NCBI GenBank assembly: GCA_040954595.2
Contig: CM082585.2
Span: forward strand, 9,660,564 to 9,724,563
DNA length: 64,000 nt
Source of the DNA: Balanoglossus misakiensis
Lineage: Eukaryota; Animalia; Hemichordata
Direction of reading: 5' to 3'
Shown here: positions 11,823 through 23,300 of the stretch, piece by piece
How the letters are laid out: each line of letters opens with the position of its first letter
Numbering within the stretch: the stretch's first letter is position 1
Position numbers and translations under genes: made by a program
The notes under the pieces: model-generated
What the model was told of the DNA's origin: nothing
Databases searched by the model: none
The model's input: the letters and a program-made list of their open reading frames with translations, nothing else

Positions 11823-13761
11823 GATGGACTTGCCAGACAGTGAGAGTAGTCCTGAGCGAAATTTGTTCATACATACAAACATAATTTGAATTTTGAATTT
11901 TTATTGTAACTCATTTGTATTTCACAAAGTTGGGCTTACAAGCAGTATAAAAGTCCCCAGACTAAATTAGCTGTGATTCTGTCTGTCATTTACTTAGGCA
12001 GATCAAACACGTTTACCGGCTTTGCGCATGTTTCATTTTGTCCACGACCCTCAAGAAAAGCTCAACTTTACCCGCATACACCAATTCTGGCGATGTGGGG
12101 CATGATTTTTTGCAAGTCGGTCACGAATAATATATTTATTTCATTGTCTGAACCCCAAATCAGAAACATTCGGGCCGCGAGATCCATGAAAACAAACTCT
12201 GCCCTGTCGAAGAAATGTATTACGCGCAATGCATGCTTTGTGCGCATTGCAACTTCGGAAAACGCCCTCAACAGTTGAGTTTCGAAATCAACATTTCACG
12301 CGGTGACATGTAGCCACCTGCCCATGAATTCCTAATGACCTGAAAATTCTCAGCAAGAAGTGTTAATTGTGTGAAGCGGGCCAACAGTCGTGTCAAGTAA
12401 GTGCTTTATTATGCTCACATTTACTTAACACACCAGCAGTGACGTTTTTTGAAGGTGTTAATGAAAGCCACGCGCCCTGGACATGTCAGCCACTCGGCGC
12501 GCGAGATGAACTTCTTCAAAACAAAGTGTGACTGCATAATTACATGTCACCTGTGAGACATCAATGGCTGCGAAATTTCAATCAATATTCTGTTCAGCCC
12601 GTTAGTTTTCGAAAGATAATGAACACAAGCGACCGTGATAATGACCGCTGTTCCGTAACGACGACGTGAATCGTTCTATTTGAATGACACCATGCGCCCA
12701 GACGATATAAAATGTCAAAACAACCTCTCTCCCCCACATTCAAATTTGTACATAATCAGCTGTGCGTTTTTTGTTGTGTAATACGTCACTGTGGATGGTG
12801 TACTTCAACTACTTGTAGTACAACTTGTCCTTGCGGTCAAATTAAATTCAGTGGTTACGCAATTCAGGCTGCAAAAATGTTTGTTTGGGTCAGGTTATGT
12901 TACTCATGTTATGTTGTCAGCTGAGAAGCCATTGTATCATTGATGCCTCCATGACCCCCCCCCCCCCCCCCCCCAAGTGGTCAATGACCGTATACACTGC
13001 ATGTTGTATCCGTGCTTCCCACTCAAAAAGTGACAGCGCACACGTTGGGTCAAGTGGCCTATTTACAGTTAAATTTCGGTCACTTAAGTTTTCTTTGTCA
13101 GCCGGGTGTCTTTCAGAAGAGACGTTGCTACACACTAGATATCTGCAGCGAAACTATGTATGCAGGGAAACCCCCAAAGTTTTAACAATAAATTTGCATT
13201 GGGAATGGGAGTGTATATCACCAGGCCATCTCTATATAATATAAGTGACAAATAATGGTATGCATGAAATTAAATGAAATCGTAGAATGTCGAGTTGCTG
13301 TGTCTTTGCACACATGTACATTCACACTGTTAGAGCAGCTTCATACAGTCACCTCACAATGACTTGGCAATTTGTGACTGACAACAATTCTATAGTATTA
13401 TCTACCAGGTATGCCATGTCAACAAACAATGGCATTCTAGAACTGTACAGCACACAGATTGAACCTCTGGGTCCAGTCATCTCTCTTTGTTTTTTGACTG
13501 GCACAACTGTCCTGTGATAGACAGATTAAAGTGAAAACAGCAAGACATTTATGTACAAACTAGCAAAAAAGATAGATATAATTTGAGCGTTGTCCTTTTC
13601 ATGCAAATTTTTTAATTGCAAGTTATGAAATGTTTACCATCTCAAAAGTAAAGATAGCAACACTGAACTTATATGAACTTGACAAATTTAAGGCTTTGTG
13701 GTTTTTAATAAAGAGTGTATCAATAAATAATATATTTTTCCTTCTGTTTCTAGGTTTCAAG

Positions 13762-16700
13762 ATGGAAGATAAGAATGCGCAGGGTGATAATCTGCATTTA
13801 GAAAAGCTGGCTGCTTATCTAGAAATCAAGCCCGCAGAGTTTAGCAAACCATATCAGGTAAACTTGTGTGCCATGACATCGTGAAATCAAATGATGCATT
13901 GAAAGATAACAATTTCTCTCTGATTTTGATTTGAAATTAGAAACACTTCAGTAGAGGAATTTAGTCCTCTAGCCAGTGAAACATATCTTGAACTTGACAC
14001 TTTTGGTGCAAGGGGAGAGCGCCCCCTTTGGCGGGCCATGTAAAACCTGACAATGGTTGCAAGTGGAGAGCGCCACCTATGGCAGGTTCTGGGTTTATTA
14101 CTGCCTTTTCCAATTTACATCCTTGACCAAAACGTCATGCTTAGAATTAAACACATTTCTCAATTCTGTCCCTGAAATGATGGTGAACGTAGTCAAGGTT
14201 GACAGGTTATTTATGAACAGGCAGGAAAATTGGCAGAGGATTCTGGTTGACATTGAAGGATCCCTGGTTCCGACGCTATATCAGAAACTGAATGAAAATT
14301 GTGATTGGTATTTTAGGGCCTTCATTGAACAGAAAATTGGATTCAAAATTATCCCATCAGCTTTTGATGTCTTGTGCACTGTTCCGCACAATTGTACACA
14401 AAACATTGTGCTGTGTTGATCAGTTCTCTCGTCAATCTCCCACCAAATTTTCATCATCTTTATCAGTAGCGTCACACTTAATCTGTATAATTTACATGCA
14501 AATGAAGACAGCATATTGATAATTTGCCTAAATAAATACCTTCTTTTAAGTCTATCCAACTTTACCATTGAAAACTATAGATTTGGTCTAAACCATGGTG
14601 ATGAAAGGTATAAATTGAACATGTACAGAATATAAAGTGTGCTAGCATTATTTGATCATATCACACGTACTAGACCCATCATCACACCAGCATACTGATT
14701 GCTGTAAAATGTTGGATCGAACTAAGTAAAGCTGCAAGAGACGATGGATAGATTGGTGTTTTAAAAGCAACAGAAAAAGTGATACAGAATCCGGATGAGG
14801 CTATAAGGCGCTTGCCATTGCTGGCGGGCAGGCTGTCACACTGCATTGTGATTAATTATGAACCCCAGAGTGCTCTAAACACAAACGTAAGATAAACACA
14901 TTTAATCCTCGGCCAACCTCTGACCCGGCGTAGATCACTTAAAATATAGGCGCTTGCCGTCAGACATTTATTGGCTCAGTGGAGAAGTTGTGTTTCTAAT
15001 GCGTTCTTACCAATCACACTCGAGATAGCGTACGGAGGGCTTGATTGGCCAGTTGCTTGGCAATCCCTACAAGCATTCCTCGTCTGGGGTTCACCATTCG
15101 GGCTTTCGACACTGGTGACATTACAGCTCCCTCTGTGTGGACGCTGTGTAAAGCTCACATCTCTCTCTCTGTACTGACATTATCACTAACCTCCTGCGCC
15201 AGCAAGTCTGCTGATCGTTTTTCGAACAGCTACTAGTAACGCTGCTCTCTGTAGGTTAAAATCACTGCTCCGCAACCTAACATGTAAGTATTAATTAATT
15301 AAGTCACTGTGTGTAGGTGTTAATGGCTAGCACTGATTTCCCAACAGATTTTCCAAACACAAATTATAGATATCCCTCCCAAGGACAGATAGTGATAAGA
15401 TGTATATGTATTCCTGAAGTTAAGCTCCGATTCCTAATCTCTCAGTAATATACAACAGGCTAGTCTGCGTGTTTCGATTAAAAATGTAATATGAGTTACA
15501 TGTAGAAAGGATTATAAGCTAGCAGGTTTGAAATCAAACCCGTTGCTTCGTGCCATAATAAATATGATTCATTACACTATGAAATGTTACATCATTTCAT
15601 TAGAGCCAGTTTATTGTTTGCCAATTCAGAATATCAACTTTGTTATTGCAATACCTCATGTTTATGATGATTCGGACCCAACGCTGTTTTTTTCTTTCTT
15701 CTCTTGCGTGTGAAATCTTTTTACTGTTGTCTTTATTTGGTGACTGATTTGTCAATGTCAATTACAAAGTACTGGCAACAATGGCATTCCATCTGCGAAC
15801 AATTCATTCACCTTGCCCGGTTGTCGCAGTGTGTATACTTCACGCGTGATGTGATGTTTTTATGAGTGCTGGGAGCCACGGCATGATATCCTGGCAACCA
15901 GACTTGGTTTTGGCCCAGACACGGGCGAACAAAAGTCTTCGTGTCTGTGGTATCGCGGACAAACAATTAAAAGCGTACGTACGTGGCTGCGGTCTCGGTA
16001 ACAACAGCTCCTGTTTGTAAACATTTTTCTTTTTTAATAACTTCGATGCTTAATTATAGAGTGCATTCTGGTTTCGCCAAGTGATGTCTTTCCATGGTTT
16101 TGCTCTTTGGGAATTGTTTGAATCATGACTGGAGTGTATTAGCTATCATACATTTACTTAGCACTGTTGTTAGAAAAAAAACATATTCCTGCTAAGTCAT
16201 TGTATGAACACTATTGTCATGCTTCTTCTAGAATTTAGAAATAACATGGAAATGATATGATCATAACAAAATTATGATGTAATACGATGTGTAACTTAAA
16301 TTTAACATATACTGACTGGCATTCTAATGCCAGTTTATGGCTCAAACAATATGGAATTTGCTTTCACATCCTGTGGTAATATAGCATGGGATAGTCTGTT
16401 GTGGTAACCCCATTTCACCCTGTATGTGGGGCATGGCAGCCACCCAATTGAGAAGATTTCGGTTACACAAATTTGCTGCCGTGCAGTGTCCAGTTGCTGA
16501 TCTCTGGCAAACCAAAGTCTCTTTTGGTAAACTTGCACACATGAACGTGAGCGTTTAATTTCTCTGATAACTCTCCCTCAGGTGCAGTGTGCCCTAGAAG
16601 TGTTAAATTAATTGGTTGTTTGAAGGAGGTAATGAAAGAAGAGGAAGTGAAATTTTAAAGTAGGGTCTGTTTATAAAGTGGTGCTTTTAATCTCTTGGGT

Positions 16701-18850
16701 TATATTGATGATATTTTACAAAAAAAAAGTAAAAGCTGCTTATGAAGTCCATTATTGGATAATTGAACAGATGAATAGAGCTCTGGGCCCACTTTATAAC
16801 ATAGCTGTAGGGTCGAGAGAACTCCAACATAAATCACTAAAAAGTCACATGTTCTGAGTTGAAACATTAAATATGATTGATTCGACTCACACTTCAATTG
16901 CTCGCTGAATATTTGGTTCAGATTTGAAGTGAAACTCACTTGAGCAACGTTGGATATTCCGTGAAAGCAATTCTCTCAATATTTTTCCATGAACAGACTA
17001 GACTGCGTTCTAAGTGAATATTCTACCAGGCTTTAGTAATTTAAAAAAAAGAGCGTCACCTGAATGACCTTCATAAATTAAAATTGACATAAACTTGAAC
17101 ACAGGGCCCGTCTTGTGTGTTTTGCCAGTGTTGCCATGGTTACTGCAACGCACAGTGATGTCATTGAAATGCTGTGTTAGACATATAAGGAATTTTGAGT
17201 CTTTCTCTTTCATACACCTTCAAGTACTTGTAATTTGGAGTGTACTGTATAACTTTATCATGGGAACCTTGATAAAATACCATTCAGTTTTCATCTGACT
17301 GCATGATAAGCAGCTTCGCGATGTACAATCTGACTTCTAGTTCTATTTCAGGATCAGTTGACAAAAAATAGAAGTTTTTCAATCATTTAAAGAGAAATAT
17401 AACAAGGTGGAAGTGATATTGTAATTACGGTGCAGAAGGCCATGCTTGTTCAATTTGGCAAATGGGATTTTCATCATGGCCAATTTTCCCTCAACATGGC
17501 ATTGGCCTTTGTTGGGCGCTCACGGTAACTTCCTACTTTTACCATGAATGCTGCTAGAAACGCTCATTGATTTTGGAGTGGCTGAATGGAATATTATGTG
17601 CCTCAGTGCCAACGTCAATTGTGGTAATATCGGTTTGCTAACGCGGAGAAGAGGATTGTGGGAAAAATGCACACAGTCAGAGAGAGAGAGGGAGGGAAGG
17701 AAAAAATGTAATGTCATTAAACCAAAATGGCCAGTTTTTCGCTACTTGAGTTTATGTTTCTACCGGTACACATTTATTTTCTTCAATAGAGGCATATCTG
17801 TCAAGTGTTTTTAAAAATTTAAGTGTCCTATTTCTAGACATGTATTTTACTGCCAATTCAAAGGTTATTTTACTATGATATAGATGAATGCTATAAATTT
17901 TGCTGAGAATTTTATTCTCATTTTTAGTTTTTCATATCTGCTGCAGTGTAGAGAAGTTTCAACGTAAATCAAGATTTACAAGTTAATAATAAAAAAAATG
18001 ATGTAAAATTCCAAGCTTGATACAAATCAGGCTAGTAGTTAAAGTCTGATGCTCTTGTTACAAGTGGAATGACGTAAGTGGAAATTTGACGCAGCTGTAA
18101 GGGATGGGCATAGAGACCGAACCATTAAATATCCATTTTTTTCCATTCTGCATGCCTGTAAATTCTCATTGCATAGCAACCTCGCAAACTCTTAATGTGC
18201 ATTACTCATACAGAATGTGGTAAAACTCAACATGAGATCTGCAGTCATCAGTCGAGAATGACGTCTTTTGAGGGATATGGAAAAAAAAACACATGAAGTA
18301 TTTGTCTGTTTTGTGATTTCAGTACAGGTCTCAGTTTGTCATCACACCATGTATCAACCCATGTTATTGTTGACAATCGAATTTAAGTCCGGACTAAAAT
18401 TTGAATGTCAAATTCTCCGTGAAACAAAATCAAGGGGTAGTAGGGCTGCATGGAGTTTGCTATTTAACCGACAAAATTTTGGCCATCCATAAAAAGTACA
18501 CTTGACAGAAGTTTTATGGATACACAAGTTGGTAAGTGATGAGGATGAAATGAGCACTTATGTTAAGAGCTCACAACCATGATATATTGTTATTTTGCTG
18601 TTGAAATTGCCCATCCATCATGTGGTATATGTTGATGTGTTCTAGTCTACAGTGTGTGTTGCGAACAGACTCGCTGGTTCTTGACTGATTGCAAGACAGT
18701 GGCTGGTAACATGTTGCCTGATATGTTGACTGTTTCTGTTAGACTGCTGTGTTTGAACAGCAGCTAGTTGATTCCATATTGAAATCGTGTGCTGTTGAAG
18801 TACATGATGTAGTTGGAAACCCGAAGGAAATTGCAGCTAGGGAAAATTGA
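13762..18850 (+). CDS. Small uncharacterised multi-exon protein (~97-138 aa depending on exon 5)
   Basis: Phase-compatible exons 13762-13857, 14225-14307, 15255-15283, 16582-16628, [17352-17406], 18743-18850 (TGA) give MEDKNAQGDNLHLEKLAAYLEIKPAEFSKPYQ-ENWQRILVDIEGSLVPTLYQKLNENCDW-LKSLLRNLT-CAVCPRSVKLIGCLKE-[..]-TAVFEQQLVDSILKSCAVEVHDVVGNPKEIAAREN*. Probable non-coding exon 1 ends at 12396 (AA|GTAAGT), with an acceptor at 13753. AATAAA at 19015. Family not recognised. Confidence 0.5.
14555..14613. mobile_element. Truncated copy of the ~93-bp TTAA MITE family
   Basis: tccaactttaccattgaaaac...aaccatggtgatgaaagg matches the reverse complement of the left part of 28258-28350. Confidence 0.55.
17130..17143. 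promoter_or_regulatory. RFX X-box-like palindrome GTTGCCATGGTTAC
   Basis: Near-perfect match to the RFX consensus GTNRCCATGGYAAC; intronic; function unproven. Confidence 0.35.
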
Positions 18851-19003
18851 TGCATTATATGTGTGCACAACCAATTGTGCATGGTCACTTTAGCACTGCC
18901 GTCTGAGCCAACATGACACAGACCTCTGACGCGCAATTTCCATTTATGCCGAATGTAAGAAGATGTAGTGCTTTATACTAAATGTATTACCTCTGCAGGT
19001 GTA

Positions 19004-19170
19004 GAGCTAATTCAAATAAATTCCACATTGCCTGAAATTGACGTTGAGCTAATTTGAATACATTTCCACATTGCCTGAAATTGACATGGAGCGAGTTCAA
19101 TTTACATGTCCACTTTGCTTGAAATTGACGTTGAGCTAATTTAAATACATTTCCACGATGCTTGAAATTG
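19004..19170. repeat. ~42-43-bp minisatellite, ~4 copies
   Basis: Unit approximately GAGCTAATTTAAATACATTTCCACATTGCCTGAAATTGACGTT, head to tail with no spacers. Confidence 0.85.
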
Positions 19171-19783
19171 CCTGAGACTTAAAAAAAATCATTGTAAGAG
19201 GTCCCACTTTGGGTAAACCTGCTGAAACAGTTTTGTAAATGACCTGTCAGTTGCATCTGATATCGGTCACGACGGTCTTTGAGCCAAAAATAGCATCATA
19301 CATTATCTAGTCAATATTTGATGTGAAATTATTTGCAAACATTACATCATAACAGGGCAGCAATACCTAATGGTGTTATTTATATTGGCAATACCGTACC
19401 AATTAATCCAAGTCTCTACCTAGCTTTTAAACAAGGTATTAGTCATTAATGATGTGGAAATTGTGAATGTGTATGCCTGTACATCACTGCAACAGGTAGA
19501 TCGAGAAAAGGTGACTGAAATATAAGCACATGCTTGATCAAGAAAGCAGTGATACTGATAAGCTACATACATATTGAGTTGCTTGATTGATTGATGATTG
19601 CAATACCAGAGCTGCTAGAAAAGCAGAGATCTGTCAGGAATTCCTGTAATTGACATCTATTGTGCGACTCTTATACCGGTGCATTTTCAGAAACTTGTTT
19701 GAAAAGCGGTCATTAAGTGCCCCATGCCCTTTTTTTTGAGGTCATGCCACACAATTGATTTGTCTCAAATCTCTTCCCCCACT

Positions 19784-19797
19784 GTTGCCGTAGTTAC
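19784..19797. promoter_or_regulatory. RFX X-box-like site GTTGCCGTAGTTAC upstream of the MINDY4B-like gene
   Basis: Reverse complement GTAACTACGGCAAC fits the X-box consensus; ~570 bp upstream of the ATG-bearing exon in a CpG-richer region. Confidence 0.35.
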
Positions 19798-20367
19798 TGC
19801 GACACTGAGACCGAGTCGCTTGTGTTCGGAATTTCCCAAGTGCAGTGAGCTGTTGAACGTTGAAACTTGATGACAGATTGCCACGGCCTTCCTGTGTGTC
19901 ATTGAAAAGTCCTAGCCGATAGATTTTCAAAATCAGGAGTGAATTTTTTACGTATAGAGGTGGGCGTCTGAAATTATATGTGTTATGATCAGGTCAACGG
20001 CGATTATTACAACGATTCCCGCAGTGGTACAGTCTGTTCTCTTTCGTTGCTACGGTGGGAAAGCGACGCAAGTGATCGCATCAGTGTCTGGGTATATGTA
20101 CGTACAGGGCAGGGGAAAACACAAACAGGGGCTTCTAGAGTTCAAACAGGTGCACAATTTGATCTGTCATTGAACTAATTGTACTCCCCTTTATGTGGGT
20201 CATGAAACGGTCCTTTGTCATTTTTTTTTGGTGACGTTTGAAAGACCCGACTCAAGGAGCGTATAAGCGCGACCCAGTGCTCTGATTACGGGCAGTGTAG
20301 GTCCATTGACCGTCGCCAGCGCATTTCACGCACGTATACCTGTACCTGTGTATTTTTAGCCGAGAAT

Positions 20368-23300
20368 ATGGCAACCTCTGAGGAAACTTTAGTACCTGAA
20401 GAAGAGGTCAGGCGCTTAACCGTGCTTTAACATTCACAATGTGGCAGTTATTACCTAATGTTTGTGACACCTCTGTAACCCTGTAGTGTAGTAAATCTCT
20501 TGTATTTTTTTTTGTCGTTCTGCATAACAGATCTCTCTTGACGATCGGGATCCGGCAGATCTTGACGTAGAGACGCGCAAAACTGATGGTAGGTGTGCGG
20601 TTGGAAGTGTGGGTTGATTTCGGTGCGAGAGAGTTGCTTTCCGCGTGAAACATGTACCTCTGTGTGCCATGGAAAATGTACGTCGTCTGTGATGTGTCGG
20701 TTAAAAAGTTACCGTTGAACTGCGTGTAAATATTGTTATGGTAACAACCATGCTCGAACTTTGCCTGACCTAATGTTTTGTGTGTCAACTTGTGGTTTTG
20801 TCTGTACATATTTTGCATTCTCTGTGGTTATACTAAATGTTTAACCGACTTTGAGGGCAATTTCATGTACAACCATTTAGACAAGTCTGTACGCGATAGC
20901 GTCATGAAATTGCAACCAGGTTGTTTGTTTTTGAATACCTGTTTATCCCAGTTTGACCTGAGTGTAATCAAGTGTGACTGGTTGCATGCCTATTGTTGTC
21001 GTGCTTTGAGATAACAATAGCATATCAGGGTTAGGGCCAGAAAATTTCGGTCTATCAAGAGATAAACATTGAAAGATAGTCCAGAGTGATGTTTTTAGGA
21101 CGATCATTATTTTTATCTGTACCACGCATTTCTGTTTTAGTACTTTATCCTACATCCAGGGCTGCATTTTGTGGCATTGTACGTTAAATACTTTTAGAAG
21201 TACAGAACAAAGTCATGGTCACACAAGAAATGCAGAAGAAAATAGATTGCAGCCAGAATTGTGGGAATTGTTTAAAAAATTGAAACGCATGACCAGAATC
21301 TTTTGCTTGGATAAGTTTATTGGGAGAAATCCCTCATCCTTGACGTGATTAACAATCTTGTATGTCTTTTTCTCAAGGGACGAGGTTTTTAAGATATCCC
21401 CCGAATACTAATTGTCCCTTTTGAAGATTTGGAATGGAAAAGAAAAATTAGATGACAGGAGATAAAAGAACAAAGGCAGAAATTGTGACTTCGCTGCACA
21501 AGACAAATCATTGTTAGCAAACGTTGATTCTGGGCATTTATTTCAGTGCATTGTCGAAACGTAACTCTGAAAAATAAAATGGGTCACCAAGTCTTTTTCA
21601 TGACTTTCTGGCGAGAATACTCACCCATGTGCAAACATTCAACAATTACAAGCGTTCAATTTGTAAAAGGCAATCTTTTTACGAAATCCATCCATTCATG
21701 CTGGCATTGTCCCCGCTCGATCGTAATCCCGACAACTCGCCTGAGGTGAGGATTCACACAAAAACCGCATGCAATGTTTTCCGCCCAAGTACCTACTCTT
21801 TGTAGAATGAAAAAAATGCAATTTTCTTTCCAATAATAGGGCGGTGTATTAAGAAGTGTTGTCGAGTTCATAGTAAGTAGTTCCTCAAGGTTGCGGTTGA
21901 GTTGTTTTATCGTTGTGGCTCATTGTTGTTTTGTTTTTGTTTGTTTTTTGCAGCAAAAGTTGAGGACCCAGAAGCCATGACTGCGCCAGAAACCATCTTG
22001 CCCCCTGGTGTTCCAATAACCATAGAAACTGCCACAGTAAGTTACACTTAAAGTTCCATTAGCTGTATCTTTTAGAGTAGAACAAGAAATTGTATTTGGT
22101 ACTCAGAACACAGATACCAAATATAGCTGCAAGCAGCAATAGCGGGCCCAAGCCAACATAGCACATAGCAACATAGCAATAAGCATATCTGCACTTGATG
22201 CCAAGATATGGTAAAGTAGGTCAAAGGTCAACTGAGGTCATGTTATATTTAGGCAAGACATTTTTACCCTATACTGGTCCATGTTCAACAAAAACCAAAC
22301 CTATAGCCCTATTGGTTAGCCTGGAATTAGGTATGCACATAATTAATGAGGTAGGCAGGTGTTACAGGTGACCCCCAATTTTGGCTTTTCAATTTTAGTC
22401 CAACCCTCCAAACCCCAAGTCTGTACCTGCTCTGGATGCCAAGATCTGGTAAAGTAGGTCAAAGGTCACCTGAGGTCATGCAAAATTTGGGCAAGAAATT
22501 TTGACCCTATACTGGTCCATGTTAAGCAAAAACTAAACCTATAGCCCTATTGGTTAGTCTGGAATAAGGTATGCACATAATTAATAAGGTAGGCAGGTGT
22601 CACAGGTGACCCCCAATTTTGGCTTTTCAATTTTAGTCCCAACCCTCCAAACACCAAGTCTGTACTTGCTCTGGATGCCAAGATCTGGTAAAGTAGGTCA
22701 AAGGTCACCTGAGGTCATGCAAAATTTTGGCAAGAAATGTTGACCCTATACTGGTCCATATCCAACAAGAACAAAACCTCTAGCCCTCTTAGTTAGCCCA
22801 GAATTAGGTATGCACATAATTAATGAGTTAAGCAGGTGTTACAGGTGAGCCCAAAATTTTGCCTGTTATTTTGGTCCCATTGTGCTCACTGCCCAATACA
22901 CAGTCACTGTACAGGACCGTTGCACAGACCAGAATTCCACACTAAGACGTGTAGTGTTCATAGCTTAACTATAGAGGTATAAGTAAAAAGGTATAAATTT
23001 AATTTAAAAAATTAATATAAAAAAATCGGTCGATTTTTCATATTATTTTTTTTCGCTTAAAATGATTGACAAATGCTAGGCTAGCTGCACACCAAAGTTT
23101 GAGATGATCAGCCTAACAGATTTTGAGATATGTATGCATATTTATCCAAAATAATATGTGGTCATAGCTTTACTATGTAAAGTATAGGCCGATGGCTTGG
23201 GCGAAAAATATGGAAAATAATACTTAAAAATCTTCTCCTCAAAATTGACATGGCCTATGGCCTTGACATTTGGCATGTAGAACCCTGGCCATATGGTCCA

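Noticed and set aside
17352-17365. In-frame TGA as possible selenocysteine
   Set aside because: It arises only with an incorrect upstream phase, and no SECIS was identified; a homopolymer frameshift or alternative exon explains it better.
19004-19170. Possible CRISPR-like array
   Set aside because: Units are contiguous with no unique spacers, no cas genes are present and the context is eukaryotic; it is a minisatellite.
19978-20178. ORFs that might link the orphan gene and MINDY4B into one protein
   Set aside because: The orphan model has its own stop and poly(A) signal, and splice signals here are weak; more likely MINDY4B promoter or 5' UTR. Not excluded without RNA data.
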